Assembly: GCA_964016885.1 (NCBI GenBank)
Contig: OZ024765.1
Span: forward strand, 3,410,001-3,474,000
From: Eledone cirrhosa
Lineage: Eukaryota
Direction of reading: 5' to 3'
Length of the DNA: 64,000 bases
The translations under genes and the position numbers were made by a program. A model generated the notes under the pieces. That model saw only the letters and a list, made by a program, of their open reading frames with translations, was not told the DNA's origin and did not search any database. This document shows positions 27,295 to 42,259 of this stretch, one piece after another (position 1 is the first letter of the stretch; each line of letters starts with the position of its first letter).

Positions 27295-28239
27295 TTATAT
27301 ATATAATTAGATTACAGAAATGACTTCTACGGGACTAGGACTGTTTAGACAGGCAGAGTAAGATAAGCAAAAATTGAGAGGCAGGGGAGATAGTTGGTCG
27401 CCATTTTCTGCTGGCTCTGTGTGGTTGGTTTCCTACACCAACCACCTGTATATAGAGGAAGTTTTGATAACATCCTTTAAAGAAAAAGTATTTTTCTGAA
27501 AAGGAACTCAAAGTAAAAAATATACTCTTTAATAAGTGATAAAAATATGTCCTTTTAAGAATCCTTTTTTTTTTACGTGAGCTAACCTAGAAAATATAAT
27601 TTTTTTTTACTAGCCTAAATTCTTTTCTCTAACCTTTCATATGTAATGGAAGATATACACTCACTCGCATTCTTCTACAGTCAAACGGAAAGCTGTTAAC
27701 CTACTTTTAACCTACATCTAAGACAGCAAACCTAGTCCAAAAATGTTCAAATGGACGTGTGGTGTGGTGTGTGTGTGTGTGTGTGTGTGTGTACATATTA
27801 CACGAAAATTATCACAATTTCTTTAACAAACTTGACACTACCAAAATTACACACACACACTAAATTAATCATATATATGCGAGTGAGTGAATATATATAT
27901 ATATATATATATTTAATTTGCTTACACACACACACACTCACAATTATATACGTGTGTATGTATTTGTTTAACCAAAGCGCCGGCGATAATTCATCTAAGT
28001 AAATTCCGTCTCTGAGATACAAATACACACACACGCACATATATATATATATATACACACACAAGAACTAGCTAGCGGATATATTATATATATTTAGGAT
28101 ATATCTACAGCTATTTTCCTATCTTAACCTAGTTTATAAAGTTTTTTATCTCTAAAAACAACCAACCTAGTGGAAGTTGTTTTAAATAAGAGTTGGTTCG
28201 TTATGTTATGGAAGCTGTCAGCATTTAGTACACCACACA

Positions 28240-28271
<32 letters not shown>

Positions 28272-28719
28272 ATATATATACATATACACACGTGTGTATA
28301 ACTTGGAGGTTTTATAAGAATTTTAAGGAGAAAATGTAGAGGAAAGTACTCAATACCGAAGTAGAATTTAAATATTCATTTTATTAAAAGGCTAGTATTG
28401 TTATTCTGGAGTTTCACCAGTTTATCACAGGGTCATCTTTCCTGATGAACATGTGATAAACAAGCGAAACTCTTATTTGCCCTTAAAATGAAGATACACA
28501 CACATTTCTATATATATATATATATATATATAGATATATATATATAGTAATAAATATGACGACTAAAATTCAAAAAGGGCTCCTAAGAATAAATATATAT
28601 CACAAATAAGAACCATAGAGCAAACATTTATTAAAATAACAGATTAAAGTTTAAGCAAATAATCGCGGCTTTCACCCTTAATAAATAAATAAATAAATAA
28701 ATAGAGAGAGAGAGAAACA

Positions 28720-28940
28720 AGTATGACCCCGACGGCAGAGCTCAAGCCGTTTCGACGGAAATGTGGTAAGGAACCAGGTGGACCATAACGCACCAAAGTA
28801 CTCAATACTTAGGGTAGTAGAGTGGGTAAAGGGAACGAGTAGGACCCCGACGGCTGAGCTCAAGCCGTTTCAACGGCTAATTCTGGACCAGAATTAGCCG
28901 TCGAAACGGCTTGAGCTCAACCGTCGGGGTAGTACTCGTT

Positions 28941-28942
<2 letters not shown>
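28720..28942. mobile_element. Family G repeat with palindrome carrying hammerhead 3' halves
   Basis: GCCGTC-GAAACGG-(TGAGCTCA loop)-CCGTC-GGGGT; homologues at 31391-31562 and 33198-33370. Confidence 0.6.
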
Positions 28943-29008
<66 letters not shown>

Positions 29009-29829
29009 GTTTGTGTCCAAAATTCCTAGATAAATATATATGCTATTAAATGAAAATAAAAAATCCATTAACTTTTTCTTTTTAACCGAGAATAAATTTT
29101 ATTCATTTTTGAAATTTGTTTTTTTTTTAGAAAGAAATGATTGAAATGGCGGGAAACTTTAGGGGATAGGGGCTTAGAAGAGAGAAAGTTATTTATATTT
29201 ATTTAGAGAAAGGTTGTTGGTTGGTTTAACTAAAAAACCATTTATTTATTTTACTTTTAAAAAAAAGTACCCTAAACTATATTTATATTATATTACTGGG
29301 AAAATGGGTAAAGAAAGGTAGAAGAGGGAGATATATATGCATTGTATAGAAGCTGAAAATGGAGAAGAAGTAGGTTTTAAGACGAAATGGGACAAATTAG
29401 ACGTTCAGACGTTGGGAGGTAAAAAAGTTCTTAAAATTTGCTGTAAGTTGACAACTAGGAAGAAATAGTGTAAAGTGGAACAATTGAGAGAGGGCAGAGG
29501 GAGATAGAGTTTAGTACTGGAGTGGGAGGAAAGTATATAGTCTAGCGAGAGAGGGGGGGAAGACAGGCTTTTTAGTATCGGAGGGGGGAGAATATGGTTT
29601 AGTGAGAGGGGGGGGAGAGCGGAAAAGCAAAGTGTATTGAGACAGTGGGAGAATGAATTGGAGTGGGAGGAGAGAATATAGTTTAAGGGAAAGGGGGATA
29701 AAAAAAGAAAGTGTATTGAGGAGAGGGGAGCGACAGCAAGTGTATTGTAGTAGTAGTAGTAGTAGTAGTAGTAGTGAGAAGTGGAGAGAGATAAGAATAA
29801 GAGGGAGTGGGATAGTTGAAGAGAAGTTA

Positions 29830-30525
29830 AAGCGAGTACAAGAGAGGGTAAGTGAAGCGAGTACAAGAGAGAGGGTAAGTGAAGCGAGTACAAGAGAGAG
29901 GGTAAGTGAAGCGAGTACAAGAGAGAGGGTAAGAGAAGCGAGTACAAGAGAGAGAGGGTAAGAGAAGCGAGTACAAGAGAGAGAGGGTAAAAGAAGCGAG
30001 TATGAGAGAGAGGGTAAAAGAAGCGAGTATGATGAGAGAGAGGGTAAAAGAAGCGAGTATGATGAGAGAGAGGGTAAAAGAAGCGAGTATGAGAGAGAGG
30101 GTAAAAGAAGCGAGTATGAGAGAGAGGGTAAAAGAAGCGAGTATGATGAGAGAGAGGGTAAAAGAAGCGAGTATGAGAGAGAGGGTAAAAGAAGCGAGTA
30201 TGAGAGAGAGGGTAAAAGAAGCGAGTATGAGAGAGAGGGTAAAAGAAGCGAGTATGAGAGGGTAAAAGAAGCGAGTATGAGAGAGAGGGTAAAAGAAGCG
30301 AGTATGAGAGAGAGGGTAAAAGAAGCGAGTATGATGAGAGAGAGGGTAAAAGAAGCGAGTATGATGAGAGAGAGGGTAAAAGAAGCGAGTATGAGAGGGT
30401 AAAAGAAGCGAGTATGAGAGAGAGGGGGTAAAAGAAGCGAGTATGAGAGAGAGGGGGTAAAAGAAGCGAGTATGAGAGAGAGGGTAAAAGAAGCGAGTAT
30501 GAGAGAGGGTAAGAGAAACGAGCAC
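29830..30525. repeat. Purine-rich 25-32-bp minisatellite
   Basis: Unit GAGAGAGGGTAAAAGAAGCGAGTAT(GAT). Confidence 0.95.
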
Positions 30526-30844
30526 AAGACAGAGGGATGGGTGGAATTAAATAGAGAGGAAGTGGGAGGAGACTGCTAAAAGACAGTGTGGGGGGAGGGG
30601 ATTGCTGTGTCGACTGACGTGGAAGGGGAGGAGTGGTAAAAGTTGTTGAATTGAGCTTTTTATATATTTTCTGATGAAGTTGACAAGTGTGTGTGTATGT
30701 ATGTATGTAATTTTATGTATATACGTGTGTGTGTGTGTGTGTATATATATATGTGTAATTTTATGTATATACGTGTATGTATGTATATGTAATTTTATGT
30801 ATATACGTGTGTGTGTGTGTATATATGTAATTTTATGTATATAC

Positions 30845-30882
<38 letters not shown>

Positions 30883-31200
30883 GTAATTTTATGTATATAC
30901 GTGTGTGTATATATATATGTGTAATTTTATGTATATATTTGTATACGTGTGTGTGTGTATATGTATGTATATATATGTATATGTAATTTTATGTATATTT
31001 GTATACGTGTGTGTGTGTGTTTTCAATATGTGAGTGTGTACGTACATGTATACGTATATGTATATATTATAAATATGTGTATGTAGTTGTTGATGGCCGA
31101 AAAAGCGAACGAAGAGTACTCAATACCGAAACTCATTTAACGGGGGTCGATAAAATAAAGTGCAAGTAATAATTGCTGACCTTGTGCCTAATGTATTAAC

Positions 31201-31232
<32 letters not shown>

Positions 31233-31318
31233 TTACTCCAAATACTTGTCGAGTGCTTTATATCAGTTATAAAAATATTTGCTTGTTGTAACCCAACAAT
31301 TTAAATAGAACTTTTGCA

Positions 31319-31391
<73 letters not shown>

Positions 31392-31794
31392 CGAAGGAAA
31401 TGTGTTAAGGAACCAGGTGGACCATAACGCACCAAAGTACTCAATACTTGAGGTAGTAGAGTGGGTAATAGGAACGAGTAAGACCGACGGCTGAGCTCAA
31501 GTCGTTTCGAATTAGCCGCCGAAACGGCTTGAGCTCAGCCGTCGGGGTCTTACTTGTTCCTATATGTATATATATTACCAGTAATACACTGGGTTATTTG
31601 CTGGCCTTGTGCTAAAAGTAGAAACAATTTTATATATATATACATTGTTTAAAACACATTGTAACGTTTGAAACATTTTTTTAATTTAACGAGTGTAGCT
31701 CTCAACAGCGTAAAAGAGTGAAGCTATTTCCCGTGGAAGAAAAATGATAGTAACTTCGAAGCTAGCTCTGTTCCGGTACTCTGTGTGTGTCTGT

Positions 31795-31835
<41 letters not shown>

Positions 31836-31917
31836 AAGGTTGGTGTTTACCCCGTGTTGGGCAAGGGAATTAGGAAGTGAGAAACTTGGATGGTGTGTAT
31901 ATAGAACGTTCGTGAGA

Positions 31918-31967
<50 letters not shown>

Positions 31968-32354
31968 ATACATACATATATAAATAAATAGTAATAACTG
32001 AATATATATATATATATATATATATATACGCACATACTCTTGGTTGGTTGTGTGTGTGTGTATATATATACACTTGGTTGTATATGTGTATATACATACG
32101 TGTGTGTGCGCCTAACACCAGAAAGAGGAATGGGAGTGCTATAATGTCTGTGGCTTATGTGACGTGCATATATAATGCATTAGTGCAAACTCACTGCCTG
32201 TAGATATATGTATGTGTGAGAGTGTATGTGTGAGAGTGAGAGTGTATATATATATATATAGCCATTGTGTATAGTTATGTGAAATATGTATGTATACATA
32301 TATATACAATGAGACGTTTTATAAAAGCAAGCACCGACTTAAGACACCCAGCAA

Positions 32355-32409
<55 letters not shown>

Positions 32410-32515
32410 CAATCACACACATACACACCAGCTTCGTGAATAGTATATACAACATACAGTACAAACATACATATATAAAAATGTTATACAGGTCGCATTT
32501 TTATAGACAACACAT

Positions 32516-32550
<35 letters not shown>

Positions 32551-32770
32551 CACACAGACATACAATGTCACTAGTAATTTAGTCCATATGGTCTCCAATC
32601 AACAGTCAATGAGTGTGTGTGTGTGTGTGTATGGTGTTATTTCGACATTACCAGAAGGTTTTGTAGCTCTAACTATGATCAGATGTGGTCAACATTGAAA
32701 TATAAAGCAGTTCTTTTTATGACAACGAAACCCTGAGAATGCAACAATGTCAAACTGCTAATATATGTAT

Positions 32771-32803
<33 letters not shown>

Positions 32804-32857
32804 CACGTTATACACACACACACCACGTTATATATACATACACCACATCATATATAT

Positions 32858-32892
<35 letters not shown>

Positions 32893-33158
32893 TTTCGTTT
32901 ACATATAAAAACTATTAAGTATCGACCTGTTACGCGTGTATCGCAGATGATTGGCTCAAGGTAATCCATGAGCTGTAGAGCTGAATAATATAGGGCGACC
33001 CCCAAAAAATGTTTACACAATCCAACAGCTTTCTAATAAATATTGCCTGTACAGTAAATCAAATTACATTTCGGGGGACATTGTGTTGAGTTTCTTTGTA
33101 GTATTAGGGGATAACCAGTTAAAAGGGGGTATTTACGTTGGTAAAGTATAGGCATCTT

Positions 33159-33198
<40 letters not shown>

Positions 33199-33516
33199 AC
33201 GAAGGTGTGGTAAGGAACCAGATGGACCATAATGCATCAGAGTACTCAATACTTAGGGTAGTAGAGTGGGTAATAGGAAAAAGTATGACCCCAGGCTAAA
33301 AATTCTAATTTAGTTCAGAAATAGCCGTCGAAACGGCTTGAGCTCTGCCATCGGGGTCATATTTGTTCATATATATATATATATATGACTTCTACAAGAC
33401 TAGAACTGTTTCATTCGTGTGAAATCATTAATGAAGCACCAAGTTTTTTTGTAAAAGACATTTCCATATTATATAAAGATATATATATATATATATACAT
33501 ATATATTACACACACA

Positions 33517-33589
<73 letters not shown>

Positions 33590-33784
33590 CTTACATGTAT
33601 ATTTACATATATACACATGTCCTTAACGCAAGCACAGATATAGCATGTAGATCAAACATACACAAACAGAAAACTGTGTGTTGTGTATACACAAGCTATA
33701 TACAGAGAGACTATATATATATATATATATACACACACAAACTATAATATATATATATATATATACACACACATACAAACTATA

Positions 33785-33815
<31 letters not shown>

Positions 33816-33849
33816 TACAAACTATACAGATAAAGACACACACACAAAC

Positions 33850-33892
<43 letters not shown>

Positions 33893-33999
33893 CACATCCA
33901 CACAAACAAACTATACAGATAAAGAGACACAGAATGTGAAACTTCTCAATTTTTAGTATTGAATTTCATACAATTATATAGAAAGGGATAGGTCATAGC

Positions 34000-34500
34000 T
34001 GTGTATATCTTGTTAGTGTGTTTGTTATTGTGTATTTTGTTTGTTATTGTGTGTATGTTATTGTGTATTTTGTTTGTTAGTGTGTATTTTGTTAGTGTGT
34101 GTATATATGTGTATTTTGTTAGTGTGTGTATATATGTGTATTTTGTTAGTGTGTGTATATATGTGTATTTTGTTAGTGTGTGTATATATGTGTATTTTGT
34201 TAGTGTGTGTATATATGTGTATTTTGTTAGTGTGTGTGTATATGTGTGTGTATTTTGTTTGTGTATATATGTGTATTTTGTTAGTGTGTGTATATGTGTA
34301 TTTTGTTAGTGTGTATATATGTGTATTTTGTTAGTGTGTATATATGTGTATTTTGTTAGTGTGTATGTGTATTTTGTTAGTGTGTGTATGTATATATATG
34401 TGTGTGTGTGTATGTTGGGGACTTCTATTTTGTTAGTGTGTGTATGTTGGTGTATATCTTGTTAGTGTGTGTATGTTGGTGTATATCTTGTTAGTGTGTA
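34000..34500. repeat. ~30-bp minisatellite GTATTTTGTTAGTGTGTGTATATATGT
   Basis: Direct inspection. Confidence 0.9.
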
Positions 34501-34839
34501 TGTATCTATTATATATTGTGGGTTTTGATTATACATGTCTGTGTGTACGTTTTGATGTTTGTGTGTGTATGTGTATTATATATAATATATATATAAAACT
34601 GTCATTCCACTTTACTGAGGTCACAGCAACATTATTATCCAAATCTTTTCATAAAGGAGAAAAAAAAACGACATAAAAATGGTGGGTGGCGAGAGACGGG
34701 GTTGACAAGACGGAGTTGACAAGACGGAAAAGAAATTTCTTTTCTTTCATTAAAACTAGTTCTCAACATAAATCTGGGCGGATATAATAAATGTAATACT
34801 TATCACACACACACACACTAACTTTTATATACATATATA

Positions 34840-35139
34840 CAGTTGTTCCTCGGTATTCGCGGCGGTTTACGTTCCTAGAGCATCCGCGAAGAGTTGTCTT
34901 AAATAAAAACAGCGAATACTGGACGTGGTCTATAAAAATGCATATGAATGAAAAAAAATATAACGTAAAATAATGTTTCTGCTTTTGGTACTACAAGGCC
35001 AGCAATTACCCAGTGCATTACTGGTACTTTTATTTTATCGACCCCGTAAGGATTTGAACTCAGCCAGCGTCTTATGCGAAGGGGCGTCCCAATAAGGCCG
35101 GCAAATACGGTATATTATTAATTTAGCGTTAAAAAGCGC

Positions 35140-35177
<38 letters not shown>

Positions 35178-35310
35178 CAACGAAAAAAAAAAAGCCATAA
35201 AAAACACTAAATATATTTACGATTCAGCAAATATGCAGTGGTATCTACGAACAATTATTAGGAGGAGTCTAAGGCCAATTCCGCGAATAACCGGGACCGC
35301 GAATAGCTAG
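34840..35310 (+). mobile_element. pogo/Tigger-like non-autonomous element interrupted by a SINE fragment (34971-35062)
   Basis: TA-CAGTTGTTCCTCGGTATTCGCGG terminus; homologous to 7330-7560 (reverse strand) and 17000-17190. Confidence 0.55.
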
Positions 35311-35660
35311 CTACAGTAATATTAGGATAAAGAAAACGTTTATTTTATATCAAAACATTTATTTTATATCAAATGTTTTCCCACTAACGAACTTTGAACC
35401 AAATTGTTTTACAGAAATCATTTTTCTGATCATATATTAAAGTTTTATTTTATACCTTATCGTCTGCTTTAATCCGCTTTTCTCTGCTTGCAATGGTGGG
35501 ACATGCATATGTATGGGGTTTTTTTTAACAGGACTAGAACTTTTATTCGTATAAAATCATTTCTATATAAAATAAAAAATGCCTACACTACCAATATATT
35601 GAGTACTCTTTTAAACTGAGGTTACCCTCGACAACTCGGGAATATATAGACATATGTATA

Positions 35661-35707
<47 letters not shown>

Positions 35708-35895
35708 GTAAAATAAACTGATATGCGACTTATCTATTAGGCTGACAGTCTCAATTGAAAACAGATTGATAGATACACTTAAATTCTATGTGAAAATGGA
35801 GTTGCGACTTATCTACCGGTACAACTTTATACACGATAATTTGTCCTTAGACGGTGCGGGGGAGAATGTATGCGTGTATATATATATATAGTGTA

Positions 35896-35935
<40 letters not shown>

Positions 35936-35970
35936 CACACACACTATGTATGTACGTGTATACACACAAG

Positions 35971-36066
35971 CAGTGTCCCAAAAAAATATATACACACTTC
36001 AACAGCATTCTAATAAATGCTGCCTGTACGGGTAATCAAAGTGTGAATACATTTTTTGGGACACCT
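35971..36066. mobile_element. Tc1/mariner-type MITE
   Basis: GTGTCCCAAAAAA..TTTTTTGGGACAC inverted ends; relatives at 21468-21515, 25795-25990 and 41930-42045. Confidence 0.55.
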
Positions 36067-36374
36067 CAGTGCAGTCAATTTACATGCTGGGAACAACCAG
36101 TTCTCCCTTAAATTAAAACCCTGAATTTAATTTGAAAGGAGGAAAAAAAAAAGGGGGGGGGGTTTAGATAGTGTGTGAAAGAGACAGGCTCATGGCGGCG
36201 GTGGTGGTTGTTTGTTACAACCGGAGGGGAGGAAGGAACTATCATGTTCTTGGAGGGGGGGGGGGCCTTATAAATTTGACAGGTTAAACTAATCTATCTT
36301 GAGCGGGTAAAATTCCAGATCCATGGACGAGTTCATTTCAACGGTCTCTCTCCAGCATCGCCGCTAATGTGTAA

Positions 36375-37156
36375 TGTCAAAACTGGATGCGACTTATTTA
36401 CCAGCACAACCTATACATATGTAGTCAGTTAAAGATAAAAACAAAACTGTTGGATTTCGTTCTTTTAAAAACCATGCAGTTAGTAGTAGCTGCGCCAGCT
36501 AATATCAAAACTGGATGCGACTTATCTACCAGCTCAACCTATAAACACGCAGAGAGGGTTAAAAAACAACCGTTGGATTTCGTTCTTTCAAAACCCATGT
36601 AGTTAGTAGTAGTTGGCAGAATTGGATGCGACTTATCTACCAGCTCAACCTATACACATGTCAGATAGGGTAGTTAGTTTAAAAAAAAAAAAAAAAAAAA
36701 CTGTTGGATTTCGTTCTTTCAAAAGCCATGTAGTTAGTAGTAGTAGTCAGCAAATGTCAAAACTGGATGCGACTGCGACTTATCTACCAGCTCAACCTAT
36801 AAACATGCAGAGAGGGTTGTTAAAAAACAACTGTTGGATTTCGTTCTTTCAAAAGCCATGTAGTTAGTAGTAGTAGTCAGCAAATGTCAAAACTGGATGC
36901 GACTGCGACTTATCTACCAGCTCAACCTATAAACATGCAGAGAGGGTTGTTAAAAAACAACTGTTGGATTTCGTTCTTTCAAAAGCCATGCAGTTAGTAG
37001 TAGTAGTCAGCAAATGTCAAAACTGGATGCGACTGCGACTTATCTACCAGCTCAACCTATAAACATGCAGAGAGGGTTGTTAAAAAACAACTGTTGGATT
37101 TCGTTCTTTCAAAAGCCATGCAGTTAGTAGTAGTAGTCAGCAAATGTCAAAACTGG
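36375..37156. repeat. 130-bp tandem repeat, about 6 copies
   Basis: CAAATGTCAAAACTGG at 36751, 36881, 37011 and 37141; more diverged units to the left. Confidence 0.9.
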
Positions 37157-37778
37157 AACACGAAAGTTTTTTTAAAACTAGATTCTGCATTTATTTTTTT
37201 CCTGACCGACGAAATTAGGCTTTTGAGAAGGAAATTATAAATAAATATAATTTAAATTTATTTTTTTTTGTATTCAAATCTTTAGCAAATTTATTTTTAC
37301 TTAATTTTTTTAGCATTTATTTTATATCTCCACCACCATCTTTCTCGCAACACAAATTATATATATATATACATATATATACACACTCACACACACACAA
37401 CCATATATATTATAATACAAGAGTCACCATCAACCTCCCACTAAAACCACTGACGTGGAGTTATTTGCATCTATTAGTCAAGTCTTAATTAAATTAACTT
37501 ATTTTTCATTAATTTAATTTGCCATCATTATATATTAATTATTACATCCATAATTAATACTTTCATATATTGAAGGGAAAAAAAGAAGTAACATGAATAT
37601 ATACATATATAATTTTTCCACTTGGATAAATTATATATATTATAAGCTTACAATTTAGACTTGTACCGTTTATACATACATACATACGAACGGTGGGCAC
37701 TATTTAAAATACACACTACTTTCTTAAGCATTGAGTACTTAGCTGTACGCGGTGGTACAAGCCTAAAGTGTAAAACTT

Positions 37779-37862
<84 letters not shown>

Positions 37863-38489
37863 AAGTCTACAATTTATTTGTATGTCTATAAAGACAAAAA
37901 ACATTTTTTTAGTTAAGTTTTGATAAATTAATTGCCCGTGTGTTTCAGAAGTTCTCCTCCGAAGACCCAGAAACAGATAGAAATAAAGAGAGAGATCGGA
38001 TGTCCCAGAGCTTGGCAGGGAGCGAGATAGAGATATAGAGAGAAATCTGAAGTCCCAGAGCTTGGGGGAGAGAGATAGACTCACAGACAGAGACAGAAAT
38101 AGGACATTCATAGCTAGCGATAGACTTTACAAACAAACAACTTTCTAAAAATACTCGTTTATTTAAACAACCTGTGTTTTCTCTAAGAGACGTGTACGAG
38201 GGGGCCCACAGTAGACATTTTTAGACTTTTGTAGACAAAAACTTAAAATGTCCAGACCGGATGCTTGTAACTATATACACCCAGCCATCCCCACCTAGGT
38301 AAAGATTGAACAGTTTAATCGGTAGAGCATCGGATTATTGTAACGATATTTGTTCTGGCTTTTATGCCATTTTAAAAGTCGGTTTTTTTTTTCGAGAATT
38401 AAATAAAGTCACCAGTCCATAAAGGTTGGACAGGTGGTTGGTTTGGGTTTATCTGATACGACTGTGTCTTAGAGAGTTCGAGACTTGTT

Positions 38490-39030
38490 TCTTTCTGCTA
38501 ACAGACAGTATCAGTAATGGAAAGACCAATGGAGACATTGTTTCCTTGGTCTGATCTGTTGATCAGCTCCTTTCTTCAGGAGTTGTAACTGACAGATAGT
38601 ATCAGTAATGGAAAGACCAATGGAAACATTTGTTTCCTTGGTCTGATCTGTTGATCAGCTTTCTTCTGCCAGGAGTTGTGACCATACATATATCAGCAAT
38701 GGAAAGACCAATGGAAACATTGTTTCCCTGGTTGATCTGATGATCAGCTTCATTTCCTCTAACAGCAATGGAAACATTTCCTTGGTCTGATCTGACGATC
38801 AGTTTCCTTCCTTCTGACCGACAGAAACATTGTTTCCTTCCTTCTGACCGACAGAAACATTTGTTTCCTTGGTCTGATCTGATGATCAGCTCCTTTCTTC
38901 TGCCAGGAGTTGTGACTGACAGATAGTATCAGTAATGGAAAGACTAATGGAGACATTGTTTCCTTGGTCTGATCTGATGATCAGCTCCTTTCTTCTGCCA
39001 GGAGTTGTGACTGACAGATAGTATCAGCAA
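38490..39030. repeat. ~90-bp degenerate tandem repeat
   Basis: ATGGAAAGACCAATGGARACATTGTTTCCTTGGTCTGATCTG recurs; a monomer occurs at 54855-54922. Confidence 0.85.
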
Positions 39031-39300
39031 TGTGTCACTCAGTCGAAGTTATGGCGTATTATTGGCAGCTATTTCTAAACAAGTGTAGCGATGGAACCAC
39101 GTGGACAGAAGTGGAGGATCGTGTCTGACCTTGGTTGCTATGGTGGAAGAAGGGTGGCGATTGTCGAAGAATTGTTTACAAGTGATTCCCACCCTCCCTC
39201 CCTCTCAACATTGTCACTATCAAGCACCCACACCTCCCTCCACCACCTAGAAAGGGTATATAATTAACTCCCGCCCTTGTTCCATTGATAATAAGAATTG

Positions 39301-39386
<86 letters not shown>

Positions 39387-39689
39387 GGGGGTAATGTGTG
39401 TACCTGTGTTTAACGAACTACTTCAAATTTGAAAAATTCAATTCTGTTCAAAGACCCCCCCCCCCCCAAAAAAAAAAACGTGGACACCCCCCCCCCCCCC
39501 TCTTCTCAGAAGTTGAGAACCAACTGTTTACATTTTTACCCCCAACGGACCCCCCCCCCCCTCCCTCTTCAAAAGTTAGGAACCACCGGTTTACAAGTTT
39601 ACTCCGATCCCCTCCCGCTCCTCCTCAATATACACATATATATATATATATGTATATACACACACATATATATATATATATATGTATTT

Positions 39690-39742
<53 letters not shown>

Positions 39743-39877
39743 TGTATATTGAGGAGGAGCGAGAGGGGTCGGGGTATTTCTGCTCTGCGTATACGCATAG
39801 AGCTTAACTAGCTACCGTCACATATTTGGTAGGTCAGACGTGATCATCGCGATTCACAGACGACCTACCATACATCT

Positions 39878-39950
<73 letters not shown>

Positions 39951-40002
39951 GAGGTTCTACAGGACTAGAACTGTTTCATTCATTAGAAATCATCAGGAAT
40001 CT
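39951..40002 (-). ncRNA. Type I hammerhead ribozyme (family A), sense within the Tis11 intron
   Basis: AGATTC-CTGATGA-TTTCTAATGAAT-GAAACAG-TTCTAGTC-CTGTA^GAACCT; left arm of a perfect palindrome. Confidence 0.7.
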
Positions 40003-40053
40003 GATTCCTGATGATTTCTAATGAATGAAACAGTTCTAGTCCTGTAGAACCTC
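40003..40053 (+). ncRNA. Type I hammerhead ribozyme (family A)
   Basis: CTGATGA at 40008-40014, GAAA at 40027-40030, stem III CAG/CTG, GUA cut site after 40046. Confidence 0.7.
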
Positions 40054-40286
40054 GTCTATATTAAAACTGTTATACTCTGCTATGTATTGAGTACCTTACT
40101 GTGGTTACCTCCGATTCAACCCGGAATAACGTATATATATATATATATATATATATATGTCTTTTTTTTTTAAATTGAGTTTGAATTATTTTCCACATCT
40201 TACGTTAACTATTTTCCATTTTGACGTTATAGTCACTTATATATTGTGGAATTCTGTTGGCTTCACGCTCGCAACAATTTCTATAC

Positions 40287-40394
<108 letters not shown>

Positions 40395-40426
40395 AGATCA
40401 AAAGATGGTTAAAGGAGTTCCATATA

Positions 40427-40493
40427 TTTTATTATGCGCATTTCAAAAACAAACATCATCAAGCAATAATATTTGTGTTTTCATCAGATAAAA
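40427..40493 (-). ncRNA. Minimal type I hammerhead ribozyme (B/C-related), sense within the Tis11 intron
   Basis: TTTTAT-CTGATGA-15-bp stem II with one mismatch-GAAA-TGCGCA-TA^ATAAAA. Confidence 0.75.
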
Positions 40494-40583
40494 CAGGAGA
40501 ACATGATATGAAGGCTAAAAAACATTTGTGCAGTTTTAAATCAACATATGCTTTATTGTACTACAATAAAACTCACCTCCTAC

Positions 40584-40628
<45 letters not shown>

Positions 40629-40886
40629 TCGTAGACAGTCCTATACGAGCGAGACGACCAATCTTGCCCCAGGTGGGACAATTCCCATCTAAACCCATGC
40701 TGCTAGCGTGGAAGGTAGTTTTAAACGATGATGACGATGATGACGATGATGATGATGATGATTCATACACAAATGTGTGTATATGCGAGAGAATGTGTCA
40801 CTCACACACACACATACATATATATATACATTTTCATACACACTTGAACATAAGACAAATGATTGTGTGAATATATATATATGAAA

Positions 40887-41018
<132 letters not shown>

Positions 41019-42211
41019 AGAGAGAGAAGAAAGAGAAGAGAGAGAGGAGAGAGAGAGAGTACAAATAGAAAATAGAATTTAGTGGTAACCACGAAAATAG
41101 AAGTTGAAATTAATTTGCTATCGAAATAAATTAATAACAATTGTAAAAATAACAAATAACATTTTTTTTTAATTAACGTCAGGTGGTGGTGGTGGTGGTG
41201 GTGGTGGTGGTGGTAGTAGTGGTGGTGGTAGTAGTAGTTAATGGTAGTGATAGTAGTGGTTGTATTGTAGGTCGTAGTGATGGTGGTGATAGTAGTGATG
41301 GAAGCAGTAGTAGTAGTAGTAGTAATGGTGGTGATAGTAGTGATGGAAGCAGTAGTAGTAGTAGTAATGGTGGTGATAGTAGTGATGGAAGCAGTAGTAG
41401 TAGTAGTAGCAGTAATTTTCTAAGTCCAAATAAACTTTTGACATATAGGAAGACTAGTGTTGTGTGTATGTGTGTCGTGTTGTGTATGTCGTGTGTGTAT
41501 GTGACGTTGTGTATGTGTCAAGTTGTGTGTGTATGTATGTCGTGTGTATATATGTGTAGTGCTGTGTATGTATGTGTATATATGTGTATGTATGTGTATA
41601 TATGTGTAGTGTTGTGTATGTATCTGTATATATGTGTAGTGTTGTGTATGTATCTGTGTATGTGTAGTGTTGTGTATGTATGTATCTGTGTGTATATATA
41701 TGTAGTGTTGTGTATGTATCTGTGTATATGTGTAGTGCTGTGTATGTATGTGTGTATATGTGTAGTGTTGCGTAGTGTTGTGTATGTATCTATGTATATA
41801 TATGTGTAGTGTTGTGTATGTATGTATGTATGTTTTAAATTTAATTAAACTTGTCAAATATAAAAACTACTTATAAATAAAGCAACAAGTTTCAAACATG
41901 TATGTATGTATATACACGAACTATATATACAGGGTTTCCTAAAAATGTATATACACGAACTATATATACAAGGTGTCCTAAAAATGTATACACACTTCAA
42001 CTACATTCTAATAAATGTTTATACATTCTTGGGGACTCCCTGTATATGTATGTAATATACACATATATAGTGCGTGTATATATATATATATATGGGGCAC
42101 CCTGTATATATAAGCACACGCACTAATATATATATATATTATTATACACATCTCGTGCGTGTGTGTGTATATATATATATATTATACACATCTAGTGCGT
42201 GTGTGTGTGTG

Positions 42212-42259
<48 letters not shown>

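Noticed and set aside
30672-30690. Isolated CTGATGA/CTGACGA hits (also 38737, 44083, 51116, 60494-)
   Set aside because: No correctly placed GAAA, UH site or closing stem I.
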